A stretch of 64,000 nt of DNA from Octopus sinensis (Eukaryota), in the NCBI RefSeq assembly GCF_006345805.1, contig NC_043011.1, positions 27,106,464-27,170,463 of the forward strand, in the 5' to 3' direction. The notes below the pieces were generated by a model. That model was not told where the DNA came from, did no database searches, and saw only the letters and a program-made list of their open reading frames with translations. Positions 52,496 through 64,000 of this stretch are shown piece by piece. The translations under genes and the position numbers were made by a program. Position 1 is the first letter of the stretch, and the number at the start of each line of letters is the position of its first letter.

Positions 52496-53684
52496 AACAC
52501 ACACGCACACACACACACACACCACACACACACACACAGATATTGTTATTAAAATTCTGACTGGTGGTTGTTTAAACTATATCGAGCATATTTAGTACGG
52601 TAAAGAATCGCAGGAACATCTAAGAAAAATGTGCATGGTTACAATTCAATAACGCAAAATTCAAGTGTTAGAAATAAAATTCAAGGAGAGTAAAAAACCC
52701 TTATATATGTCTAATGATATTTATTTTGTCTCAGTAACGATCTGGCCAAAGCATAAAGCAAAGCTATAATAACTATCCTGGTTTACCTGTAATTTCATTA
52801 GTGTCACTTTCACTAGTTGTGTAAACAGAAAATTCGTGAATTAGAGAAGTACCTGCAAATCATCAAACCTAGCTATGAAATTATCGGACAGTATTTGTAA
52901 TTTAGTTTTGTATTTTTCCAGTTTGTGGCCTTTTATTTCAATATACAAAAAATGGAATTCATTCTTTTTCCTGAAATTGGGAAAAAAAAAAGTTTCTTGA
53001 CAGTTATTATATTGTCAAAGATGAAAATTTTCCAAGGAAGATTAGAAACATGTTTAACCTTAGTCTGGAGAGAGCCAAGCTGGAATTTCCAGCTGACGAA
53101 CGTATCCTTGTTTATTGTGTGTGTGTGTGTGTGTATTTTTGTGCTTGTGTTTCTTTGTTTGTATGCGTATTGGTGTAATCTTGCGTATTTATGTGAGTAT
53201 GTGTGTGTGTATGTGTAAGTTTGCGTATTTATCTGAGCGTGTGTTTGAGTCGTAAAACATATCAGCTCAGATTAAAAGAACAAAAATCTGTGTAAACACG
53301 ACAAGACTGAGATTGACGGTCATTTATGAAAACAAAATACGCCTAGTCATCTAGATTAAACCTTCAAGGTAGATATTTGGTTTTGTGATCTGAAAGTAAT
53401 GATGTAGTATGCTTATAACAACAACAACGACAATAACAAACATAATAAAATAGGTTTCTTGAAAACTGGCCAGGTCTCACAGAAGATTGTGTTGTAATAA
53501 AGAAATAATAGCTATATAAGTGTGTATGAAGAAATAAAAACAAATTGTTGAGATCTGTAAAAAAAAAAAAAAAAGAACAATAAATCTTAGGAAGGCGAGA
53601 AAAGATATGGAACGTGGTGAAGAAAAAGTGAAAATATGAAATTTTCTTCAGAAACACCACATACAGAAGCATTCAGATTTGGGG

Positions 53685-53800
53685 TTAGTAAAGGAAGGGG
53701 AATTTAAAGAAAGCCACAGGAGGCACTATAATGGCAGCCCAAGAACAGGCTATAAGAACACGGACAATCATAAAGGCATACAGATAAGGAGGACGTATCG
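53685..53800 (+). pseudogene. Short R4/Dong-like ORF fragment
   Basis: With one frameshift reads LVKEGEFKE.TGGTIMAAQEQAIRT, resembling the R4 WLxxGxLKxETExxIxAAQEQAIRT motif. Confidence 0.55.
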
Positions 53801-53818
53801 CCGCTATGCCGATTATAG

Positions 53819-54062
53819 TCTTTACTCCTTCTCTCTCTTTTACTCTTTTACTTGTTTCAGTCATTTGACTGCAGCCATGCTGGAGCACCGCCTTTAGTCG
53901 AGCAAATCGACTCCAGCACTTATTCTTTGTAAGCCCAGTACTTATTTTATCGGTCTCTCTTGCCGAACCGCTAAGTTACAGGGACGTAAACATACCAGCA
54001 TCGGTTGTCAAGCGATGTAGGGGAGACAAACACAGACACACAAACAAACACACACACACACA

Positions 54063-54157
<95 letters not shown>

Positions 54158-54320
54158 CGACGGGCTTCTTTCAATTTCCGTCTACCAAATCCACTCACAA
54201 GGCTTTGGTCGGCCCTAGGCTATAGAAGAAAACACTTGCTCAAGGTGCCACGCAGTGGGACTGAACCCGGAATCATGTAGTTGGTAAGCAAGCTACTTAC
54301 CACACACCCACTCCTACGCC
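53819..54320 (-). mobile_element. SINE family A, full length
   Basis: Complete reverse-complement copy with long internal (CA)n. Confidence 0.92.
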
Positions 54321-54589
54321 TAGTATGGGTAAGGAGATGAGACAATAGCCCCCTAAGTATAAGAATTAAAAAAAAAACGGTTGTAGAAACAACACAAATA
54401 CTGGAGAGACGACAAAATTGTATGAGTTATGTACAGACATTTGTGTAAAACGTACAATAAAGAACTTCCAGTTCTTTAGGGCACAAAGTCTTCAAGGGGT
54501 TTTCACTCCAACATGTGTAACAATTAGACCTTTTGTTCTGTAGCATCAGTTTAATGCTATTTGTTTCGGCACCCTCAACCAAGTAGTTA

Positions 54590-54710
54590 TAGCAACGTGA
54601 AATGAAGCATTTTGTTCAAGAACACAAGGAACCAGCCAGTTGAGTAATTGAAAGCAACGATCTTGTGATCGTAAATGTAGCCCCTTAACCACTAGGTCAT
54701 GTACCCTCTC
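54590..54710 (-). mobile_element. Degenerate CORE-like SINE (similar fragments at ~25820-25950 and ~55250-55350)
   Basis: gcaacgtgaaatgaag..ttttg.tcaagaacacaa...aaccacta matches 42855-43097. Confidence 0.7.
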
Positions 54711-54773
54711 ATGTATGTATGTATGTATGTATGTATGTATGTATGTATGTATGTATGTATGTATGTATGTATG

Positions 54774-54805
<32 letters not shown>

Positions 54806-54821
54806 TATTCTCGCCGACAAC

Positions 54822-54882
54822 TATGATTGTCACACGCTGACGAGAGGTCAATACCTCGAAACTCGAGTCCGTGTGTATCATA
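54822..54882 (+). ncRNA. Canonical minimal type-I hammerhead ribozyme (H6)
   Basis: tatgat-tgt-cacacg CTGACGA gagg-tcaata-cctc GAAA CTCGAG TC cgtgtg-t-atcata; all core bases present, G10.1-C11.1 pair, GUC triplet, palindromic stem III ACTCGAGT. Confidence 0.85.
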
Positions 54883-56547
54883 AGTTGAAGACGGGAAGGA
54901 TGACTTCCCTTTGCAAATACTGACAGGACACAGAAAGTGTGTCTATGGCCAGCTGGAGGAGTGTGTCCTCCTGGGGCTAAAAACTACAGTAGCATCCACC
55001 CTTAGGGGTAGCCATATTGAGATGGCAAATATACGTCACTATATATATATATATATATATATATCATGGACTCTCCCGTCATTAGACGACGTATGAAGGT
55101 TCGGCAAGAATTTGCCGAACACCCTCAAGGATGATTTGTTTATATTGGTAAAATGTTTGTGTACATATAAGCTCACTCCCTACATCAAATCGATATTACC
55201 TGTACAGGTACACCATGTGCCACATGTCAGACGACGAAATGATCGCATAGCAACGTGCTTTGCTCAAGAACACAACGCAACGCCCCATCTGGGAATCGAA
55301 CCCATGATCTCGTAATCGTAAGTGCAATACCCTCACCACTAAGCCACACACATATTATTTAATTCTTATGTAAGTGCTTTACGAGATATGGAAGGTATTT
55401 CAAGGGTTTCCCCCCAAAAATAAAAGGTTTAGTGAATGTTATTTTAGTACATGGAAATGCAACAAAGGCTGTTGCCAATAGAACAAAACAATAAAAAAAT
55501 TGCTAAAATCTATACCAAAAAAAACATCAAAACAAATTTTGCTGACGCAATAAAGTAAAGAATTCAGGACAGTGAAAGAGTTAAGAAGAAAGTAATTGAT
55601 ATTAATTCCTTTCCTGTGGTGTTGCAGTTTTGTGGTTTTGGACAGAAAATTAGCGAGACAAGAGAGAAAGAAAGAAATTTAATAACTGTATTTAAAATGC
55701 TGTACATAAGAACGGACATTGACAAACTCTTATTTACTGCGAACAGGAAAAGTTTGAAGAAGAATTTGATATTAGAAAAATGAAATAAAATATCCACAGT
55801 AGACTTACATAATTATATGATAGAAACTAATGATAGTTAGATTTAAAGTCGAAAATAAAATAAATGCAAAAAACACTTAGAAATTGTTTTCCTTTTTGAA
55901 GAAGGTTGAAAAACGTAAGAATAAGGCTAAGGTAAAAGATGGACAACGAGGAAAAAAGATGAGCTTCTTGATGCTAGCTCTCCTTACTAGATATAGCAGT
56001 TAGACTTTCATATCACATATTTTCTTAAAAGAAGGACACGTTGGATAGTGTGACCCTAGTTAGACTATGACTAAAAGAAAACACAGAATGATTACGTATG
56101 ATATGTCTATGGTCATAGATCTGCTCACTCAAGACCGATTTTTGGTTAAGCAACAACATCAACAAGTATAAGTTTATTGCTAAGTATCGGCTCTAGATAC
56201 AAATATATTATTCTAGTTGGTACCCTAATATTTTATCAGATACAAAATAGTCAATAGTGATTAGCTCTCGGTACTGGTCCTGAACCTTAGTTTTAAAGGC
56301 TAAAACTGAAAACCTCCTGACATCAGTTGAATTTCAATGACTGAATTCCAAGTTCAGTATGAATATATATCAGATAAAATAATTTTTGATTAAAAACTAT
56401 GTGAAGGTCAAAGAAAATTAAGTAATTTATAGCCAGAGTGGACTAAACAGCTGAAACATTTTTGAGTTTATACGGGATAGTTCGAAGATTGTTTACTAAT
56501 ACATCAAGCTCTTCTTGCAAAAAGGAAACAAAAAAAATCCTCAGATT

Positions 56548-56786
56548 TACGACGGGGTGCTGAAAACTTCCTGGCTTTAAGGATATCATGAAAGGCCTCG
56601 CTGGAAGCCTAATCTTTCAAGTTCTTTTACAGAGTTTAGAAAAACTGAAGGACCACTGCAATAAGTGTATGCATCTGAGAGTATATGTGTATGCAATAAG
56701 TGTATGCTGAATAAAATCATAATTAAGTGATTCTCCTGTGTTTTCTTTTACCTGAAACCAGGAACTTTTCAGCACCCACCTCACAT
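56548..56786. mobile_element. Mariner-type MITE with ~27-bp TIRs; partial second copy at 56925-57085
   Basis: tacgacggggtgctgaaaacttcctgg ... ccaggaacttttcagcacccacctcacat; second copy ends aacttttcagtatcctctcgta. Confidence 0.8.
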
Positions 56787-57810
56787 GGTCATGAACGACC
56801 AAAGGATTGCACCTAGGAAGTTGCTCTCCAAGGCACAAGTCCAGGCAAATTGTTTATGGAAGATCAGCAGTTGCCCATACATACCAACCTCCCCTCTCCG
56901 CAACACTTTAGTTTAGAGGCTCAACATTCCGAGTTCTTTTACAGGGCTTACGAAGACTGAAGAACCTCTTCAGTAAGGGGTATGAATGTGGTTAGGGGAA
57001 TATGTTGAAAAAAATCATAATTAACTGATCCTCCTGTATTTTCTTTTACCCATAGCCAAGAACTTTTCAGTATCCTCTCGTAGTCCGACAGTAAGGTACA
57101 CCGAGAAAATTTTGCTTTGGCTGCAAGCAAACTCATTCCCGATCTTTTACATTTTCCGACGAAGTTAAAGAGTTCGAAATGTCAATTCTTCACTCCTCGC
57201 AGCAACTGAACTCTTCAAACTGCTATCAAACTCTCCATTATGCATCTAGGACTACATTATGCAATATGCCCTTCTTTTTAAAGACGGTGGTATGTGATTT
57301 GGAAACTCTTTCTTAGCAGTTCAAACGACCACATGGACTTTGCTCCGTTAACTTTTGCCATAGGGCATTTAGCTTCGTCTCTCGATATTTTGTGTTCAAA
57401 ACCCAAATGCTGTTGATTTTTGTTTTTATTTCTTTTGAAAGAAATGTACCATGTACGCAGAGCGATCGGATATTGCGTATCTCAGATTAAATTAACCTCT
57501 ATTCTCTTAACAAGAGAGCAAGGTTTTGGCTTAAAATACGTTTAAAATACGTGCTACTTCTAGCACGTTGAACGACCTCATAAGGTAGAATTTCTTTCAT
57601 TGTGTCAGCAGGATGTGACTCTTTGTTTATGAGTCATTAGAGACGTTCAATAGAAAGAGCATTAAAACAAATCTGAAAAGAAGTAATTAAGTACGGTTTA
57701 TTTCACGTGAACAAAATCACTCATTTGTATTATAACGAGGTAATCAATGGAATATTCCGCTACCCCCCCCCCCCCACGCACACACGCACACACGCACACA
57801 CACACACACA

Positions 57811-57862
<52 letters not shown>

Positions 57863-58308
57863 GCGCATGCACACATACACACAATGCATGCTCAATAGTT
57901 AATTTATCAATCTAGAAATTTTGCAAGATGAACTGAACCACCGTGGGATAAAAGCGAAACTAAAAACTGATTTCAACATTGTAGTTTGGCAGTATTAAAG
58001 TAAAATTCAAATTAATATTCTTTTATTCAATTATATATTTCTCACATTTGACTGCAGCCATACAGTGGTTTAGTAGATCATATTAACACTAGTACTAATC
58101 TTAAAGTCTAGAACTTATTTCAGCAATGCAGTGTTGTCTATCCAAGGCTTTTTAAACCCAGTATTTACACGCTATTATTTATAGCGTTATCTACTTCGAG
58201 TTTCACCGTTCCAAAACAGAGTATTTTTTATTTCTTATGAGGTTTTAAGTTCTTATGACGTAAACAATATGTATAAATATATATATATATATTTTATTTT
58301 ATAGAAGG

Positions 58309-58359
58309 AGCTTCTACAGGACTAGAACTGTTTCATTCAGATGAAATCTTCAGGAAGCT
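58309..58359 (-). ncRNA. Type-I hammerhead motif with full stem-III hairpin (H7)
   Basis: Minus strand agcttc CTGAAGA tttc-atct-gaat GAAA cag-ttctagtc-ctg TA gaagct; GUA triplet; first stem-II pair is U.U. Confidence 0.72.
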
Positions 58360-58455
58360 GGGTGTCAAAATAAGCTCTGGTATTTATACATTTAGGGAGA
58401 TTTAATGGGGTGGTGGTGGGGGACGTTTTTTGGGTAGGTTGGTATACCCGGGACC

Positions 58456-58502
<47 letters not shown>

Positions 58503-58593
58503 TTATAAATATGTACACACACACACATACACACACATACGCACATATCAATTTATCCTTCTCTCTGCTCTCTCTCACACTCTCACTCACTTA

Positions 58594-58655
<62 letters not shown>

Positions 58656-58871
58656 TATATTCCTCACGATGGTACCAACATTTCAAATTCTATGATTCTG
58701 GTTAGGAGCACTAACCTTCATGATACTAAGATCAGTAAAGATCAAGCAAATAAATAAAACCAAAAACAAATTTATAATTCCATCAACTGAGACCTATGCA
58801 GGCATGAGATACTGGAAGAGTCCATTTGATGTATAGGCCTCATAAGCTGTACAATAATATTTTTTTATTTA

Positions 58872-59179
58872 TTTATGCGCCCTTTTCAAGCCTAGCCAGG
58901 CTCATGGGCCCGGTTTCCTGGTTTCTGTGGCGTATGAGTTCACCCCAGCTGGACGGGACGCCAGTCCATCGCAGCGTTACTCAAGGAACAAGAAGAAAGA
59001 GTGAGAAAAAGTTGGGACGAAAGAGTACAACAAGGGTCGCCACCACCCCCAGCCGGAGCATCGTGGAGCTTTAGGTGTTTTCGCTCAATAAACACATACA
59101 ACAACCGGCCTGGGAATCGAAACCGTGATCCTCTGACCGCGAGTCCGCTGCCCTAAACACTGTGCCATTGCGCCTCCAC
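58872..59179 (-). mobile_element. OR-like tRNA SINE carrying the tail of the CORE-like SINE
   Basis: Head and body match 694-880; 3' ~110 bp match 42855-42955. Confidence 0.85.
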
Positions 59180-60151
59180 GTACAATAATTACTGATGTAA
59201 AGTTTATCTTGCGTTTATTTATATTTTATGTCTTGACTTGATTTGAGCCCTCAACTCCTTGTCGGAGCTGTATGTGTGCCGTCATGACATATAGCGTATC
59301 TTGGGTATTGTTTTTAGATCTGGTGAAGCTCGTGCCTTTCCAGGACAGAGCAAAGGCAATTTCTTCCAGAAACAGACAGAAAGAGTGAAAGAATGAGAAG
59401 TTTCGATTCCAGTGCAGGAGAGGCACTTTATATGAATAAAGTAGCTCTCCTGCACTAGAATCGAGAAGAAGAAAAGCAAAGTTGATCTCGATGGTATTTC
59501 AATGTAAGGTTGCAAAGAGTCAGAATGATTACTACATAGCAATCAATTCGGCGCTCTAATGTCTCTTCCGATTGGCCGCCTACTTATAACATGAGAAAGG
59601 CTGAATCTAACTTCTGAAAGACGATGGGAAATAATCCACTCATGTATATCTTATTCAGAAAATAAATATTTTTATGTTAGCCAAATAAAAAAAAATAATC
59701 GTAATAATATTGACATGTCTTCTTATAATATATTAAGCGAAAATGCAAGTTAAATTATTGCTTAATTAAAAAAGTGAGAGATTTAAATATAATCTTGATA
59801 TTCAAATAATATCTATTCAAATATCTCTAAAGCATATTTATTTAACTGATGGAAAATGGAGGGACTAAAACAAATCAGAAAATGGTATTTAACGAAATAT
59901 TTTGAATTAAATTATTATTGAATTAAATAATGAGGAAATTAGACACAGTTGTGATGAAGATTTTCCCCGAAAAAAATTATCTTACCGATAAAAATGGCGG
60001 AATAATAACAAATGTGAATTTCATCATATTAAAAGAATGGAATATAAAAGTGAGGTACACTGCCGATTATCCTGCTCATAAGCAATGAAGCTGAATGAGT
60101 TAATAATATATCTTGTGTAATATAAGGCGACGAGCTGACAGTATCATTAGA

Positions 60152-60535
60152 ATTGCTGTAATCTCTTGCATGATTTCAGAGGTATCACTAAACAAACCAA
60201 TATCGTCTGCTGAATCCAGATCCGTCAGTTTACTTAGTAGACTCTGCTGTGTCCCCAGCTGATCGTATCGTATGCAATTGAAACATGGAGGCGGAGGGTC
60301 AAGATATGCAATATAATGAATGTTTTTCATCGATTGTGCCTTAGAAATATCCTGAAAAGATCCCCTGGAGTGACCACATCACGAACGATGAAATAATAAA
60401 AGATCTGGCCTAAGGAAACTGCAAGACACTATCTCAGCTAGATGAAAGAAGTTGCTTGGCCGTGTTTTACGCTTACTGCTGGAGAGACCAGCAATGACAG
60501 TCGTCGAATGAACAGTTGAAGGAGGAAGGAGAGAG
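60152..60535. pseudogene. RTE-clade LINE fragments: RT catalytic segment (minus) joined to C-terminal segment (plus)
   Basis: 60152-60243 minus reads LTDLDSADDIGLFSDTSEIMQ; ~60250-60535 plus reads SYAIETW...NVFHRLCLRNIL...WSDHITNDEI...RVLRL...RPAM (with frameshifts). Confidence 0.75.
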
Positions 60536-60692
60536 GACACACATACATGTGTGTATGTGTGTGTTGAGTCCCTTGCAACAGAGATAACATAGACGACATG
60601 ACTATGTAAAATTAATGCCGCATGGATTTACCACTACATAATTTAAAATCGCATTGAATAAACAAGCATACTTTAAACTTCGATAAGGTGTA

Positions 60693-61200
60693 GGAGGCGT
60701 AGGAGTGGCTGTATGGTAATTAGCTCGCTTACCAACCACATGGTTCCGGGTTCAGTCCCACTGCGTGGCACCTTGGGCAAGTGTCTTCTCCCAGAGCCTT
60801 GGGCCGACCAAAGCCTTGTGAGTGGATTTGGTAGACGAAAACTTAAAGAAGCCCGTCGTATATATGTATATGCATACACACATACATACATACATACATA
60901 CATACATACATAATACATACATAATACATACATAATACATACATACATACATACATACATACATACATGCATACATACATATATATATATGTATGTTTGT
61001 GTGTTTGTATTTGTCCCTTCAACATCGCTTGACAACCGATGCTGGTGTGTTTACGTCCCCGTAACTTAACGATTCGGCTAAAGAGACCGACAGAATAAGT
61101 ACCAGGCTCACAAAGAAAAGTCCTGGGGTCGATTTGCTCGACTAAAGGCGGTGCTCCAGCATGGCCACAGTCAAATGACTGAAACAAGTAAAAGAGTAAG
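60693..61200 (+). mobile_element. SINE family A with expanded internal (TACA)n
   Basis: Complete head, long internal tract and tail. Confidence 0.92.
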
Positions 61201-62460
61201 GTGAACGGCAGCAAAAACAGGTCGGTAAAATATGATTTTTCTTCTACTGTACAACCTCTTTCCGCTAGAACATGCACTAAAATGTGTTCAGCAAAACTTT
61301 CTTAATGCGAAAACATTTTTATTTGAAAAAATTTCTTTTTGGGATAAGTAAACTTTTCTGTAATGTGTTTTTTTTTTCCCACCTTCTTTTGTGTGTAAAT
61401 CTCACCTTATGAAAACGTACACTAATATTTTTTTTACAGCAAAACTCTTATATGAAAACGTTTATGTGAAAACATTTTTTGGCAGTTTTACTTTCATATA
61501 TAGATGTTTAATAAAAGTATTTTCCTCCTCTGTCAAAAAAATAAAAATTGATTTATTTAATTAAATAAATACATATATATGTATAAAATTGTGTCACACT
61601 TTCAACACTTACTTCTTATTTTTTCTCTGTGTATATGCGTATGTGTGCATGAGTACGTCTGTGTGTATGTATTTCTATGTGTATAAGTATTTGTATGTAT
61701 GTGTGAGCGTGTTGATTATTGATTAATTTTAAAAGAGGGAAAAGGTTTTGATAATTATTTAAGTAACAATCGGGTGCAATGCCTGTTTATAAATTAAGAA
61801 AAATTTTCACCTTGTATTTACAGGAATTTACAGGAATTTCGATTTTATAATTGTTCTTTGGTAAATGACATTTCTACAGTACCCTGGCAGTAAGACTGCA
61901 CAATTTTTCCATTTACCAAATATGGCTTTATTTTAGCTATGATATTGCATTCCAAATTCTAATGGATGTAGTGGTACTTCAGCTGTCAAAAATACTTAGG
62001 CAGAGATGCGGTATATCTTCAAGCTAGATTTCTAATGAATATTCTGGAAGTAACAAGTATATTAAAATTGATTTACAAGTAGTCCAAAGTCAGAGTTAAC
62101 GGAATAATTGTTAGGGATACTATTGTTACAATTTTCATGTACATAATGTTGTCATAATTTAGCAACATTAAGAGAAACCCCGTTCAATACGAAGTTAGGT
62201 GTGAAGTGCGAAGTGTATTGAACAGCCAGGAGGTGGAGGCGTTCTCCTGGAGTTAAAATAACAGTATCGTATGTTCTTAAAGGACACTCACATTTAAGCG
62301 GCGATAAACATTACTTCTAAGTATAAATACTTCTTTCATCTCTAATAGATATTTTCTTAACGAACTGGTTTGTTAGTTGCAAAACCAATGACTGTGTGAC
62401 ACTGGTTTTTCTATATATTGCGAGTTGGGTTAGATTACAGCTATGCCTAACAGACGGGTA

Positions 62461-62510
62461 TCCATCACTGAAGATGATCTAATAGGATCGAAATCACGTG
62501 ATGTAATGGA
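62461..62510 (+). ncRNA. Minimal hammerhead-like motif (H8), G17 variant
   Basis: tccatca CTGAAGA t gatc-taatag-gatc GAAA TCACGTGAT G taatgga; 6 of 7 stem-I pairs; 10-bp palindromic stem III. Confidence 0.6.
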
Positions 62511-62814
62511 CTCCAAGCTACGATAGTAGTGTGTTCTTTCCTCGCTTGAAATATATATCGAGTGCGAAGTGCACTGATTAGTCAGCTGGAGAAAGCATCA
62601 TTCTGGGGTTAAAATAGCAGTATTGTGTGTTCTTAAAGGACACCAACGTTTAAGTGGCGATAAACCACTTGATATTTACGAGTGATTCCCAACCAAATCT
62701 TATCAATAGAGGTAAAGATTTCTTAGCTATGCAAAAGTTGATATCAAATAATGTTCCTAGATCTCTTTCTGTTCATATTCACTTTTCATTTGTCATTATA
62801 CTAAATATCCTAAG

Positions 62815-62985
62815 GCGGCGAGCTGAGAGAATCGTTAAGCGAGCCGGGAATAATGCTTAACAGCATTTCGTCCGTTTTCGCATTCTGAATTCAAATACTG
62901 CTGAAGTATTCATGAACACTGGAGTCGATGTAATCGACTTATTCTCTCTCCCGAAATTGCTGGCCTTGTGTCAAAATTTGAAATA
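62815..62985 (+). mobile_element. Degenerate, internally deleted family-B SINE
   Basis: aaggcggcgagctgagagaatcgttaagc...cactggagtcgatgtaatcgact. Confidence 0.75.
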
Positions 62986-63121
62986 AGTATATTAGGTATT
63001 CAAACACATGCACACACATAGAATATATGTATATATATACGTATATATATATATGTGTGTGTGTGTTTGTATGTGTGTATGTGCATATAAATATGTATAA
63101 CATATGTATGTATGTATATAT

Positions 63122-63153
<32 letters not shown>

Positions 63154-63164
63154 ATATATATATA

Positions 63165-63207
<43 letters not shown>

Positions 63208-63221
63208 TATATATAGATAGA

Positions 63222-63620
63222 TACTCTTTTGCTTGTTTCAATCATTTGACTGTGGCCATGCTGGAGCACCGCCTTTAATCGAGCAAATCGACCCCAAGAC
63301 TTATTCTTTGTAAGCCTAGTACTTATTCTATCGGTCTCTTTTGCCGAACCGCTAAGTTACGGGGACGTAAACAAACCACCATCGGTTGTCAAACACAGAC
63401 ACACAAACATATACACACAGATACACATATACATATATATGCACATATATACACATATACGACAGGCTTCTTTCAGTTTCCGTCTACCAAATCCACTCAC
63501 AAGGCTTTGGTCAGCCCGAGGCTATAGCAGAAGACACTTGCCTAAGGTGCCACGCAGTGGGACTGAACCCGGAACCATGTGGTTGGCAAGCAAGCTACTT
63601 ACTACACAGCCACTCCTGCG

Positions 63621-63622
<2 letters not shown>
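63222..63622 (-). mobile_element. SINE family A, full length
   Basis: Complete reverse-complement copy ending actacacagccactcctgcgcct. Confidence 0.92.
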
Positions 63623-63661
<39 letters not shown>

Positions 63662-63958
63662 TTTTATACGCACACACATTCCTGTGCATGTGTGCGTGCG
63701 CAGCTATGTATGTATATTCCGCGTGTGTGAAAGTGTATTTCATGAGTACAGCACATCGCACAACCCAATCCCATATACTCACAAATATGCACGCACATAT
63801 AGAGCCACGCGCAGCCACACACCGCACATACACCACACACACCATCATCCTATCCCCTCAACATAGACATATATAACAGGAAATAAGCAGAGAAGCTATT
63901 TGAAAATTGATTTAAGATTTACCAATAATTTGCAACCACGAATTTGTGCGTAAGTTTC

Positions 63959-63989
<31 letters not shown>

Positions 63990-64000
63990 CATACATACAT

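Noticed and set aside
55568-55785. ~70-codon open stretch on the plus strand
   Set aside because: No start or splice signals, no recognisable motif, A-rich composition.

Overview
AT-rich, repeat-saturated animal DNA, most likely cephalopod (Octopus-type; inferred from the SINE families and microsatellite load). I found no host protein-coding gene I can support. Almost every ORF in the supplied track is a microsatellite or SINE artefact. The window holds: three tRNA-derived SINE groups in dozens of copies; three Helitron 3' ends, one with decayed PIF1-type helicase sequence; and fragments of R4/Dong-like, RTE, L1/Tx1-like ORF1, Penelope GIY-YIG and mariner elements. It also holds many fold-back palindromes. 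The most interesting signal is a set of at least eight unrelated type-I hammerhead-ribozyme-like motifs (CUGANGA...GAAA...NUH with pairable stems I-III), found by eye and not tested computationally. Most have the palindromic, loop-less stem III known from Penelope-like elements. One (54822-54882) has a fully canonical core. Another is the tail of a tRNA-headed element that inserted as a head-to-head palindrome with a 13-bp target-site duplication (12713-13331).
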